A DNA stretch of 21,921 bases from Fibrobacteria bacterium (GCA_043732185.1 JAYTHY010000117.1:1-21921); one strand, 5' to 3'. Shown: positions 1 through 9,576, counted from the first letter of the stretch. Program-made: numbers and translations. Notes: generated from the letters alone by a model not told the origin.

Positions 1-1
1 C

Positions 2-1072
2 AGCCGGCCCGCGGTGGTAAATCCTGTGGCGATGGTGCTTTTTATCAAGGATGTTCCCGTTGCACTTGCAGTAGGACGTCTTGAAAAAGTTCTTTTACCC
101 ACAACCTTCGGCTATCTTAAGGTTTTCCATTCCGCCCTGTTACAATACACCATTATATATGGTGGTCTTATGGGAATATGGGATTCCATAGGTTCGGTCG
201 TATTCATTCAACACCTGCAGAAATGGATGAAGCAAGGACAAATAGACGCAACTCACTTTGGGGCTATGAAGCTGGATCACCCTGTTTATCAGGCCGCGCT
301 TGGGAATGTCTCGTTCCTGTTCAGGGCCACCCTTTTGAAGGACAATCTCCATTGGTGGGCGGAATTGGAAGATTCCGCGGATCTATTCAAAAATAGGATC
401 AGCAAAAAGCATCGTTCCCAATTCCGGAATAAGGAACGGAAACTCGCGCAATTTTCCGGCGGGGATATCGAGATAAAGATGTTTCAAAAACCTGAAGATG
501 TGTCGAGATTCTGCAAAGCCGCGGAGGAAATTTCACAGGCGACCTATTTGCGGGGGTTGGGAGAAGGTTTTTGCGACACCAAGGAAATGCGCAGCCGCCT
601 TGACCTGGGGGCGCGGAATGGGTGGATGCGGGGCTATGTATTGTTTGCCAATGAAAAACCACGCGCTTTCTGGCTGGGGACTTTGTATCAAGAGGTCTAC
701 TACCTTGACTATACCGGATTCAATTCGGACTTGAACCATTTCAGCCCAGGCCGGATCCTGTTCATAAAAATGATCGAGGATCTTTACGTAACCAATACAT
801 TACGCAGCATCGATTTCGGATTCGGAGACGCGGAATATAAACAGCGATTCGGAGATCGAAATTGGAAAGAGTCGGACCTCTACATTTTCAACAAAACTCC
901 CCTAATGCTCCTGGCAAACATTTTTAGAAAATTACTGGCTGGGCTTCGAATGGTGGCGGAAAAAACCCTGAAACGATTCAACCTGCTCGCCTTGGTAAAA
1001 AAGCGTTGGCGCCATTCAGCGGAAAAAACCGTGCAGGGCCAAACAAATTCCGAAGATACCCTGGATACATAA
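2..1072 (+). CDS. GNAT-family N-acetyltransferase, CelD/BcsL-like (Acetyltransf_6); probably 5'-partial
   Basis: Typical motifs: ISKKHRSQFRNKERKL, YTGFNSDLNHFSPGRILF, IDFGFGDAEYKQRFG. Frame is open to the window edge upstream of GTG 14. Confidence 0.8.
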   Translation, partial: SRPAVVNPVAMVLFIKDVPVALAVGRLEKVLLPTTFGYLKVFHSALLQYTIIYGGLMGIWDSIGSVVFIQHLQKWMKQGQIDATHFGAMKLDHPVYQAALGNVSFLFRATLLKDNLHWWAELEDSADLFKNRISKKHRSQFRNKERKLAQFSGGDIEIKMFQKPEDVSRFCKAAEEISQATYLRGLGEGFCDTKEMRSRLDLGARNGWMRGYVLFANEKPRAFWLGTLYQEVYYLDYTGFNSDLNHFSPGRILFIKMIEDLYVTNTLRSIDFGFGDAEYKQRFGDRNWKESDLYIFNKTPLMLLANIFRKLLAGLRMVAEKTLKRFNLLALVKKRWRHSAEKTVQGQTNSEDTLDT

Positions 1073-1091
1073 AACGGAAAGACGATTTCTT

Positions 1092-2276
1092 ATGAGAGTT
1101 TGCGTATTGGCCTATACCTATTATGAGGGCGACAACCGAGTCCGGCGATACGCCGAAGCCTTGGTAAAAAGAGGGGATACGGTTGATGTGGTGGCCTGCG
1201 GCCAGCCAGGCCAACCTAGGTCTGTCGTGATTTCCGGGGTTAATGTTTTCAGGGTCCAGACCCGGAAAATAAATGAAAAGGGAAATCTTGATTACCTGGT
1301 CAAAATCCTGCTTTTCCTATGCAACTCCTTCCTATTCCTGACCTGGCGTCACATGCGAAAACCATACCAGCTGGTGCATGTCCATTCCGTACCCGATTTC
1401 GAAGTCTTTGCCGCATTCCTGGTTAAGCTGGCCGGAGCCAAGGTTATTCTTGACATTCATGATATAGTTCCCGAGTTCTACGCCGTGAAATTCCATGGCG
1501 GTAAAATCACATTCCTGGCTCGCATGCTCAAACTTGTCGAAAAAGTATGCTGCGGATTTTCGGACCATGTCATTATTTCCAACCATATCTGGGGCGAAAA
1601 GCTAATCGCCCGATCCGTGAAAAGGGATAAGTGCTCGGTGATGCTGAATTATCCGGATCCGGCCATTTTTAAAAGCGGCCAGGCACGTCATTCCGGCACC
1701 CTCTTTTCGATGATCTATCCCGGGTCGATGAGCCATCATCAAGGAATCGATATTGCTATCCGCGCCCTCGCGCTTATCAAGCAGGATCTGGGTCCTTTTG
1801 TATTCGACATTTATGGGAGGGGTGGGGAAGAGCAATCACTAAAAAATCTAGTGGTTTCCATCGGCCTCGAAAAACAGGTGATTTTCCATGGCATCCTTCC
1901 CTTGGAGGAGGTCGCAGGTAAAATGGCGCAAGCCGATCTTGGCGTCATTCCTAAAAGGGCCGATGATTTCGGGAACGAAGCGTTTAGCACAAAGATTTTC
2001 GAATTCATGGCCTTGGGCGTGCCTACACTTATATCCAGCACAAAGATCGACCGATACTATTTCAATGATTCCATCACCCTGTTTTTTGAATCGGGAAATG
2101 AACGTGAGTTAGCCGATAAGATTCTCCTCCTATCCAAGGACAAAGCGCGCAGGGATGCATTGTCCGCCGCGGCCCTCGAGTTCATCAAAGCATTTAACTG
2201 GGATCGCAAAAAGGTGGACTATCTTGCTCTGGTTGATTCCTTGGTCCTTGGTAAAAAAAGGAGCACCAATGGTTAA
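1092..2276 (+). CDS. Glycosyltransferase family 4 (GT-B)
   Basis: DNRVRRYAEAL N-terminus, LDIHD, YPGSMSHHQGID, STKIFEFMALGVP, FNWD C-terminal helix. Confidence 0.9.
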   Translation: MRVCVLAYTYYEGDNRVRRYAEALVKRGDTVDVVACGQPGQPRSVVISGVNVFRVQTRKINEKGNLDYLVKILLFLCNSFLFLTWRHMRKPYQLVHVHSVPDFEVFAAFLVKLAGAKVILDIHDIVPEFYAVKFHGGKITFLARMLKLVEKVCCGFSDHVIISNHIWGEKLIARSVKRDKCSVMLNYPDPAIFKSGQARHSGTLFSMIYPGSMSHHQGIDIAIRALALIKQDLGPFVFDIYGRGGEEQSLKNLVVSIGLEKQVIFHGILPLEEVAGKMAQADLGVIPKRADDFGNEAFSTKIFEFMALGVPTLISSTKIDRYYFNDSITLFFESGNERELADKILLLSKDKARRDALSAAALEFIKAFNWDRKKVDYLALVDSLVLGKKRSTNG

Positions 2277-3156
2277 TTCATGGAAATATGCCGTGATCTC
2301 TCCGGTAAAAAATGAAGCCCGATTTCTCCCGCATACGATTGCTTCCATGGTATCCCAAAAGGCCTTGCCAATAGTGTGGATGGTGGTTGACGACGCGTCC
2401 ACCGACAGTACGGCTGAAATCATAAAAGCTTGCGAAAGGCAGTATCCATGGGTTCGCTACCTGTTGCATCCAGGCGAGGCGGTTCGAAAAACCGGTTCCG
2501 CCGAAATTCATGCTTTCGATTATGGTTTCCAGGCGTTGAATGGAATGGATTTCGATTTCATTGTCAAACTCGACGGCGACTTGCGGTTTGACGAAGTTTA
2601 TTTTGAAACGCTCCTTTCGAGATTTTCGCGCCAAAAAAAGTTGGGAATAGCATCGGGCATCTACCTGGAAGCCTCCGGCCCCATCTGGGAGCCGGTGCGC
2701 ATGCCTGGGTATCATGCGGCTGGCGCAAGCAAGGTGGTGCGACGGGAATGCTTTGAACAGATAGGGGGATTTATCGCTCAACGCGGTTGGGATACGATTG
2801 ATGAGATTCGCGCCCAGGCGAAAGGTTGGGATACCGCGCATTTCCCCGATATCCAGTTTTACCATCTCCGCAAGGAAGGCACGGGAATGGGGCAACTGCA
2901 CACATGTATCATGCATGGAGAAATATTTTATCGAACGGGTGGTGGCCCTTTTTTCTTTATGGTCAAGGCCCTCAACCGTATTTTCCGGGGGAAGCCGGCC
3001 GTGCTGGCCGGGACAGCCATGATTTACGGGTATATGCGTTCCTGGTGGAAGCGGCATGTGAAATTGGTGACTCCATTTGAAGCGCGTACTTACCAGAGCC
3101 TACTTTCGCGCCGGATTTTCAGCCTCCTCAAACCAGCATTTATCGTAAAGCTTTGA
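2269..3156 (+). CDS. Glycosyltransferase family 2 (GT-A)
   Basis: ISPVKNEA, VVDDASTDST, KLDGD (DxD), GWDTID. Start moved from 2155 to ATG 2269, which follows AAGGAG (2258-2263) and overlaps the GT4 end by 8 nt. Confidence 0.9.
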   Translation: MVNSWKYAVISPVKNEARFLPHTIASMVSQKALPIVWMVVDDASTDSTAEIIKACERQYPWVRYLLHPGEAVRKTGSAEIHAFDYGFQALNGMDFDFIVKLDGDLRFDEVYFETLLSRFSRQKKLGIASGIYLEASGPIWEPVRMPGYHAAGASKVVRRECFEQIGGFIAQRGWDTIDEIRAQAKGWDTAHFPDIQFYHLRKEGTGMGQLHTCIMHGEIFYRTGGGPFFFMVKALNRIFRGKPAVLAGTAMIYGYMRSWWKRHVKLVTPFEARTYQSLLSRRIFSLLKPAFIVKL

Positions 3157-3169
3157 AAGGGAATTGAAT

Positions 3170-5062
3170 ATGTGTGGAATCTGCGGAATATATAATCTGT
3201 CCGGAGAACCGGTCGATGGGCAAACATTGGATGCGATGAACCAAGCGCTACATCACCGTGGACCGGACGGATCCGGTAGGTTTCTGGAAGGTGCGATAGG
3301 GCTGGGACACCGCAGGCTAAGCATCATTGACGTTGAAGGGGGCACGCAACCCATGTCCAATGAGGAGGATACCCTGCAACTGGTTTTCAACGGCGAGATC
3401 TATAATTATATAGAACTGCGCGATGAGCTGATTAAATGCGGCCATCGGTTCAAAACGAAATCCGATACCGAAGTCATTCTGCATGGCTACGAACAATGGG
3501 GTGTGGATTGCGTCAAACGCTTCAATGGCATCTTCGCCTTCGCACTCTGGGACAGGTTCCTTCGGCGGCTATTCCTTGCCCGAGATCATTTGGGGGTCAA
3601 GCCCTTGTATTATACCGTGGTAAACGGCCGGCTGCTCTTTGGATCGGAAATTAAGGCTTTGCTGCAAGATCGACAGTGTCCGCGTGAAGTCAATATAAAA
3701 GCATTAGGCGACCTTTTCAGTTATCGGTATGTCCCTGCGCCCGACACCCTGTTTCGCGGCATCAAAAAGCTTAGGCCCGGGCACTTTCTGCTGGCCAGCG
3801 ATTCCGGTTTGGTCATAAAGCGGTATTGGGATCAGGTTCCTACTCTCAGCGAAGGCAAAAATGAGCGTGAATTGATGGAGCATTATCAGGAGCTGTTTGA
3901 AGATGCGGTACGTTTGCAAACTAGAAGCGACGTGCCAGTAGGCCTTTTCCTAAGTTCCGGAGTGGACTCGGGAGCCATTCTTTCGCTAATGCGCCAACAT
4001 ATCAATGGCCCGCTGCACACCTTCACAATAGGCTTTTCCGAAGGGGAAAAAACCAACGAGAACGAAGAAGCCTTGGCAATGGCCCAGCATTTCGGAGCCG
4101 TGCATCATGAAATGATGGTGACGCCACAGGACTATCTGGCCTACTTTGAAAAGTACATATCGACTATCGAGGAACCGGTGGGCAATGAAACCGCGGCGGC
4201 CTTCCACTTTGTCAGCCAGCTTGCTCAAAAGGATGTCAAAGTCGTGCTTACCGGTCAAGGCGCTGATGAGCCCTGGGCGGGGTATCACCGGCATCTGGGC
4301 GTCAAGCTGTCCGTCCTATATTCACGCCTGCCGACTGTTCTGACCAAAACCATCCGCGGCGCGGTCAATTTTCTTCCGCGCAATGAAAGGCTGAAAAGAG
4401 GCGTGGCCTCGCTCGATGAGCCGGACATGCTATCCCGGTTTGCCAAGATCTATACGTTTTTCAATTCGGACATGAAGAACAAACTCTTCAAAGCCGAAAC
4501 CAAGGAAATGTTGGGATATGCCGGCCATGAAACGGGTGAATCTCTACGTCATTTGTATGAAGAAGTGGCCCATCTCGATCCCGTTTCACGGATGCTATAC
4601 ATCGATACACGCACCGATTTACCGGACGATTTGTTGATGGTAAACGACAAAACCTCCATGGCCAATTCCATTGAAGCGCGGGTGCCGTTCCTGGACCACC
4701 GCCTCGTCGAATTTGTGGAGACCATTCCTTCCAACCTGAAAATAAAAGGCTTCCAGGGAAAATACCTGCATAAGAAAGCGGCTGAAAAGTGGCTGCCTAA
4801 AAGCGTTGTCTATAGGAAGAAAAAGGGATTCGCCAATCCGATAGACAAATGGATGCGGGGCGCCATTCGGCCTTTTATCAATGAATGCCTGTTCGCCGAA
4901 AATTCAGCGGTTCGAAAATATTTCGAGATAAATTATATCAAGCAGCTTGTCGCGCTTCATGAATCCAACCAGGAAGACTATCTCTTTCATATTTACCTGC
5001 TTATTTCCTTTGAACTATGGCATCGCCAGTTCATTGATCAGCCCATGCAAACGGCGCATTAG
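3170..5062 (+). CDS. asnB: Asparagine synthase (glutamine-hydrolysing) family amidotransferase, probably polysaccharide-amidating
   Basis: MCGI with catalytic Cys2 (ATG 3170), HRGPD, GHRRLSIID, NGEIYN, RDHLGVKPLYY, LSSGVDS, GQGADE, EARVPFLD, RKKKGF. Confidence 0.95.
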   Translation: MCGICGIYNLSGEPVDGQTLDAMNQALHHRGPDGSGRFLEGAIGLGHRRLSIIDVEGGTQPMSNEEDTLQLVFNGEIYNYIELRDELIKCGHRFKTKSDTEVILHGYEQWGVDCVKRFNGIFAFALWDRFLRRLFLARDHLGVKPLYYTVVNGRLLFGSEIKALLQDRQCPREVNIKALGDLFSYRYVPAPDTLFRGIKKLRPGHFLLASDSGLVIKRYWDQVPTLSEGKNERELMEHYQELFEDAVRLQTRSDVPVGLFLSSGVDSGAILSLMRQHINGPLHTFTIGFSEGEKTNENEEALAMAQHFGAVHHEMMVTPQDYLAYFEKYISTIEEPVGNETAAAFHFVSQLAQKDVKVVLTGQGADEPWAGYHRHLGVKLSVLYSRLPTVLTKTIRGAVNFLPRNERLKRGVASLDEPDMLSRFAKIYTFFNSDMKNKLFKAETKEMLGYAGHETGESLRHLYEEVAHLDPVSRMLYIDTRTDLPDDLLMVNDKTSMANSIEARVPFLDHRLVEFVETIPSNLKIKGFQGKYLHKKAAEKWLPKSVVYRKKKGFANPIDKWMRGAIRPFINECLFAENSAVRKYFEINYIKQLVALHESNQEDYLFHIYLLISFELWHRQFIDQPMQTAH

Positions 5063-5063
5063 T

Positions 5064-6368
5064 ATGGCTAAGATTCTAATGATCCTGTGGCTGTTATTAA
5101 GTGGGTGCACCCCAACGGTGGCGGATACCTATTATATCGATTTTGAAAAGGGAAAGGACGGGCAAATAGGCACCTCGAAAGAATCAGCCTGGCAGCTCTG
5201 CCCGGGCATGGTGGGTTTTAAAGGATCGTACCGACACCATGCCGGCGATCGGTTCGTATTCAAAGGTGGATGCGTGTGGCCTGCTACAGCGTTGCCTTTC
5301 AAAATTAAATTCGGAGGAGCCGAAAATAATCCGGATATCTATACGACCGACCACGGTTGGTACAATGGGTCCAAATGGGTTCAACCCACCTTTTCGGGTC
5401 AACATTCCCGTACCCAACTTCTATATGCCAACAAAAAGTCTTTCTTCCAAATCAAAGATCTCAAATTCATTGATTTTGGAAAAGCGGGAATTTCAAATGG
5501 GGGAAAGGCCATCGATATCAATGCCTGTGCGAACTACGCCATAGTCCATTGCACTATTGCTCCTCAGGCTTGGATTGGACTCTATCTCCATTCTTTTTCC
5601 GGGGCCATGGAGGAGGGCATCAGGATCGACAGTAACGATATCAGCGCGGCTGGCCAAGCGATAGTCGTTGCCGTGGAAGCGCCCAATACCAGGATGGGCC
5701 GGATCTCAATAACCAATAATGCCATTCACGACCTTTCATCCCAGATTGTCGGCGAGACGCACGGAGACGGCATCCATACCTGGAACTCCGTGCAGGACGA
5801 TCATTCTCAATACCTCAGCGATTTGACGATACGCGACAACAGGTTTTACGGCGACTTCTCCCGCGGGGATTCCGGAACCGCCAGCATGACCTCGCTGATC
5901 TACTTAACCGACCCGGGGAAACGGGCGGTCATCTCGGGAAATTTATTGACTTACTCCAGGACCTCGCGCTTTGCCTCCCTGATTTGGGTGCGCTATTTTG
6001 ACAGCGTGGTCGTGGCGAATAACACCCTGGTCATGGATACTGCGCAAGGTAATATTGGCATTATCGTAGGCCAAGGGGATGCGGGCAAAAATGTGAGCGT
6101 CAAAAACAATATTATTTTCGGCGCCAAATACTGTTATTACATCTATGTGGACGCTATTTTAACCACTCAGATAGATCACAACAATTGCACTACCACCGGC
6201 CCTACCATCGCCTATTGGAATCTGGTGGGGAAGTCCTGGCGGGAATGGCGGCAATTGGGCAATGACCTAAATGGCTCAAACGTGGCGCCAGAAGAATATA
6301 AGTCCTCCAAAAGCAGACGAGATTTGGGCGAATATGGATTTATTGACAATAAATCGAGCATCCCATGA
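5064..6368 (+). CDS. Exported (likely lipoprotein) right-handed parallel beta-helix protein, pectin-lyase-like fold
   Basis: ATG 5064 lies 1 nt after the asnB stop; signal MAKILMILWLLLSGC with lipobox LSGC; TYYIDF..G.D...GTS...AW N-terminus; PbH1-like strands ISITNNAIHD, LTIRDNRFYG, VVVANNTLV, VSVKNNIIFG; HGDGIH. Confidence 0.75.
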   Translation: MAKILMILWLLLSGCTPTVADTYYIDFEKGKDGQIGTSKESAWQLCPGMVGFKGSYRHHAGDRFVFKGGCVWPATALPFKIKFGGAENNPDIYTTDHGWYNGSKWVQPTFSGQHSRTQLLYANKKSFFQIKDLKFIDFGKAGISNGGKAIDINACANYAIVHCTIAPQAWIGLYLHSFSGAMEEGIRIDSNDISAAGQAIVVAVEAPNTRMGRISITNNAIHDLSSQIVGETHGDGIHTWNSVQDDHSQYLSDLTIRDNRFYGDFSRGDSGTASMTSLIYLTDPGKRAVISGNLLTYSRTSRFASLIWVRYFDSVVVANNTLVMDTAQGNIGIIVGQGDAGKNVSVKNNIIFGAKYCYYIYVDAILTTQIDHNNCTTTGPTIAYWNLVGKSWREWRQLGNDLNGSNVAPEEYKSSKSRRDLGEYGFIDNKSSIP

Positions 6369-7666
6369 AAAAAGTAGCCTTGCTGGGTGCAGGTTTCGAT
6401 ACGGGAAATATGGGCGTAGGCGCTCTCACCATGGGCGCCATCGCTTGCGTAAAGCAAGCTTGGCCGGACGCTGAAATTTCCTTGCTGGAATATTCCCAAA
6501 GCTCCAATTCATTTGCATGCCGCATGAATGGCGGCGTGGTGAATGTCAGCCTGATTGCCATGCGGTTCTCAAAAAAGTTTTATCTCTATAACAATATTGC
6601 GCTTCTGCTTTTGTTATCCATCCTTTGCAGAATCATTCCTTCAAAGGCCATTGCCTCAAAGATCATCAGCAGAAATGCCGCATTAAAGAATTTTTATGAA
6701 ACAGACCTGGTTTTGTCCATAGCAGGCGGCGACAGTTTCAGCGACATCTATGGACACGCAAGGTTTCTTTACATTGTATTACCGATATTGTGGGCCATTG
6801 CCATGGGAAGACGATTGGTAATCATGCCGCAAACTATCGGACCGTTCAAAAGCTACTTCGCAGACTGGGTCGCCGCATTCATACTGAGACGCTCCGAGAC
6901 AGTCTATGCCAGGGACAATGAAAGCTTGTCCTTGGCACGTAAACTCATGGGCCCGCGACACGCGGCCAGAGCGCATTTCTGTTATGACTTGGGATTCATT
7001 CTTGATCCAATAAAGCCTGAATACTATGATCTTCCCCTCACCAAAGGGGTTGATATTGAAAAGCCAATAGTTGGCCTGAATATCAGCGGGTTATTGTGCA
7101 TTGGCGGCTATACGCAAAAAAATATGTTCGGATTAAGAATGGACTATTCAGAGTTGATTCGCTCCTTAATCCAATATCTTATTGAAACAAAAAAAACCAC
7201 CGTTATGCTGGTACCGCATGTTTTCGGAACGTCCGAGGAGTCCGATATTGGAGCGGCAGATAGGTTCTATAGGGAACTGACCGAGCGATTCGGCCGGGAC
7301 CTCGTTCTCGTTCAAGGCGTATTTGATCAAAATGAAATCAAATATATCATTGGGCAATGCGACTTTTTCATCGGATCAAGGATGCATGCCTGCATTGCCG
7401 CCCTTTCCCAATGCGTACCGGCCATCGGCATAGCCTATAGCAGAAAATTTTCCGGGGTAATGCGGTCTATAGAAATGGATGACCTGATTGCCGATCCTAG
7501 GAAAAGCTCGCTTGTGGAAATCCAGGCGTTAATCGGGAGTGCTATGGATCAAAGAGCGGATAAAGCCGGCCAGCTTCGGAAAAGTATGCCGGAAATAAAA
7601 AACGTCGTACTAGATATTTTTGTTCACAATGTTACCAACAGTCACACGGCTGGTAAGTACACATGA
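6365..7666 (+). CDS. Polysaccharide pyruvyl transferase family protein (WcaK-like)
   Basis: GNMGVGAL, GGDSFSDIYG, PQTIGPF, YARDNES, GSRMHACIAAL, IAYSRKF; ATGA overlap with the upstream gene. Confidence 0.9.
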   Translation: MKKVALLGAGFDTGNMGVGALTMGAIACVKQAWPDAEISLLEYSQSSNSFACRMNGGVVNVSLIAMRFSKKFYLYNNIALLLLLSILCRIIPSKAIASKIISRNAALKNFYETDLVLSIAGGDSFSDIYGHARFLYIVLPILWAIAMGRRLVIMPQTIGPFKSYFADWVAAFILRRSETVYARDNESLSLARKLMGPRHAARAHFCYDLGFILDPIKPEYYDLPLTKGVDIEKPIVGLNISGLLCIGGYTQKNMFGLRMDYSELIRSLIQYLIETKKTTVMLVPHVFGTSEESDIGAADRFYRELTERFGRDLVLVQGVFDQNEIKYIIGQCDFFIGSRMHACIAALSQCVPAIGIAYSRKFSGVMRSIEMDDLIADPRKSSLVEIQALIGSAMDQRADKAGQLRKSMPEIKNVVLDIFVHNVTNSHTAGKYT

Positions 7667-9576
7667 AATGTACTGCCTTTTCCAATTTCTGATTCTACGT
7701 CAATACAACCATCGTGCCTGTTAACGATAGAATGGCACGTTGCCAGTCCAAGCCCATGCCCATTTGGTTTCGTCGTAAAAAACGGATCAAAAATCTTGGA
7801 AATTAGATCTTTGGGTATGCCGGTTCCGCTATCTCTAATGGAAATCCTGACATAATTGCCGGCATGACACCCCACGGTCAAGGGTCCCTGTAGGGGATCG
7901 TGGGGACGCAGAATCTGAACATCATGTTCTGCTAATGTGATATTACGAGCGGTCAATTCAATGGTTCCGCCTACCGGAATTGCCTCCTGAGCATTTAGTA
8001 TAAGGTTATCAATTACCTGACTGATTTGATTTTCGTCAAATTTACATTCCCATAAATCCTGCGGCACATCGAAATGGCAGGAAACATTTGTACCGCTCAG
8101 CGACAATTCCGCGGTTTCCTGAACTAACGGGAAGAGCGTACCGATTTTCCTAATTGGAGCGCCATTTTTAGTAAAGGTTAGCAATTTACCCGTTAAGGCC
8201 CGCGCCCGACCAATTGTATTGGTGGCTATGGAAAGGTAGTTTGAGACTTTATTCCTGTCGGGTTCCAAATTTGCCAAGTCGATATAGCCGAAAATGCTGA
8301 CCATCAGGTTATTGAAGTCGTGGGCGACTCCACCCGCGAGAACGCCTAGTGATTCAAGTTTCTGATCCCTTTGCGTCGTATCGCTAACTTTTTGTTTTTC
8401 AGTCATATCGCGAAAAACCAAGACTACTCCAATGGTTTTGCCGTCTTTATCCTTAATGGGTGCGCCGGAATTTGCGATTATCCGTTCCGTGCCATCTCGC
8501 GATATTAGCAAGGTATGGTTTTCAAGTTCGATAATTTCACCAGACGCCAGCACTTTATCCGCAGGGTTATCATGGGGCAAGCGAGTGGTTTCATTAATGA
8601 TGGTAAAAACGGAAAGAAGCGGCTGCCCTTTTGCTTGGGTTAGCTTCCAGCCGCAGAGTTCTTCGGCAACGGTATTCATCAAAACAACTTTTCCCATTGT
8701 GTCGGTTGTAATGACACCATCAGCGATGCTGCGCAAGGTTCCGGCTAGGCGCTCTTTTTCCGCGGCAATGATTTGTTCCGCGAGTTTTCGCTCGGAGATG
8801 TCCTCTATTGCCAAAAGAATGGTTTTGTCCTTTCCAGACGCATTATTGATTTGGCGGGCATTCAAAAGCATGGACCGTTTTCCGATGGTAGTAAAATCGT
8901 GTTCGATTTCAAAATCATTAAAGATTGTCTTATTGGGCAGAATTGTTTCCAGCAGTTCCCGCAGCTTGGGAATATCCCATTGTTTGTTGCCCAACTCATA
9001 AATAAGCCGACCAATAGTTTCTTCAGGCTTTACCTGAAAGAATTCATAGAAGGAACGACTGACGGAAATCACTCGTAAATTTTGATCCAGAGCGAGTAAA
9101 GGCTCCCGCACGGTGTTTACGATACTCTCGGCGTATTCGCGGGCCGCATCTGCGGATGTTTTAGCAACTTCCAGGTCTTTCAGGTAATTATTGATCAAGT
9201 CGTTATAGGCCTTGATCCTAAGCAGGGACCGGACCCGGGCTAAAAGTTCCATTTTATCAACAGGTTTTGAAATAAAATCATCACAACCGGCTTCAATTCC
9301 CTTAACCCGGTCTTCCGTTTCCCGCAATGCGGTTACCAAAATTATCGGCAGCGTATTGGTTTTCCTGATCCTACGGGTAACTTCAAAACCATCCATGCCT
9401 GGCATTATGATATCTAATAGAACCAAATCGATCTGATTGCCCTGAAGCTTCTGAAGTGCTTCTGCACCGTTGGCGGCCTTAACAATTTCAAATTCCATTG
9501 GAACAAGAAATGCCTCAAGGACCTCAATGTTTTGAGGTTGATCATCAACAACTAAGAGTACCGATTTTTCTTTCAT
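7642..9576 (-). CDS. Cytoplasmic hybrid histidine kinase REC-PAS-PAS-HisKA-HATPase
   Basis: REC (VVDD, LLDIIMPGMDG, KP); two PAS; H-box QKLESLGVLAGGVAHDFNN; N-box NLILNAQEA; DSGTGI, IFDPFFTTK, GHGLGL; no TM segment. Confidence 0.92.
   Translation of the reverse strand: MKEKSVLLVVDDQPQNIEVLEAFLVPMEFEIVKAANGAEALQKLQGNQIDLVLLDIIMPGMDGFEVTRRIRKTNTLPIILVTALRETEDRVKGIEAGCDDFISKPVDKMELLARVRSLLRIKAYNDLINNYLKDLEVAKTSADAAREYAESIVNTVREPLLALDQNLRVISVSRSFYEFFQVKPEETIGRLIYELGNKQWDIPKLRELLETILPNKTIFNDFEIEHDFTTIGKRSMLLNARQINNASGKDKTILLAIEDISERKLAEQIIAAEKERLAGTLRSIADGVITTDTMGKVVLMNTVAEELCGWKLTQAKGQPLLSVFTIINETTRLPHDNPADKVLASGEIIELENHTLLISRDGTERIIANSGAPIKDKDGKTIGVVLVFRDMTEKQKVSDTTQRDQKLESLGVLAGGVAHDFNNLMVSIFGYIDLANLEPDRNKVSNYLSIATNTIGRARALTGKLLTFTKNGAPIRKIGTLFPLVQETAELSLSGTNVSCHFDVPQDLWECKFDENQISQVIDNLILNAQEAIPVGGTIELTARNITLAEHDVQILRPHDPLQGPLTVGCHAGNYVRISIRDSGTGIPKDLISKIFDPFFTTKPNGHGLGLATCHSIVNRHDGCIDVESEIGKGSTFHVYLPAV
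8780..9150 (-). repeat. Fifth, more diverged copy of the PAS repeat unit of the 9996-12440 kinase (boundaries approximate)
   Basis: AREYAESIVNTVREPLLALDQNLRVISVSRSFYEFF...LGNKQWDIPKLRELLETILP...EHDFTTIGKRSMLLNARQI...ILLAIEDISERK aligns to the repeat unit. Confidence 0.9.

Noticed and set aside
2155..2268. Extended N-termini from the ORF track (2155; likewise 4947, 13096, 13132, 16934)
   Set aside because: They overlap neighbouring genes or lack an RBS; downstream starts have an RBS, translational coupling or a signal peptide.
2278..3057. 259-aa minus-strand ORF
   Set aside because: Lies entirely opposite the well-supported GT2; no domain features.
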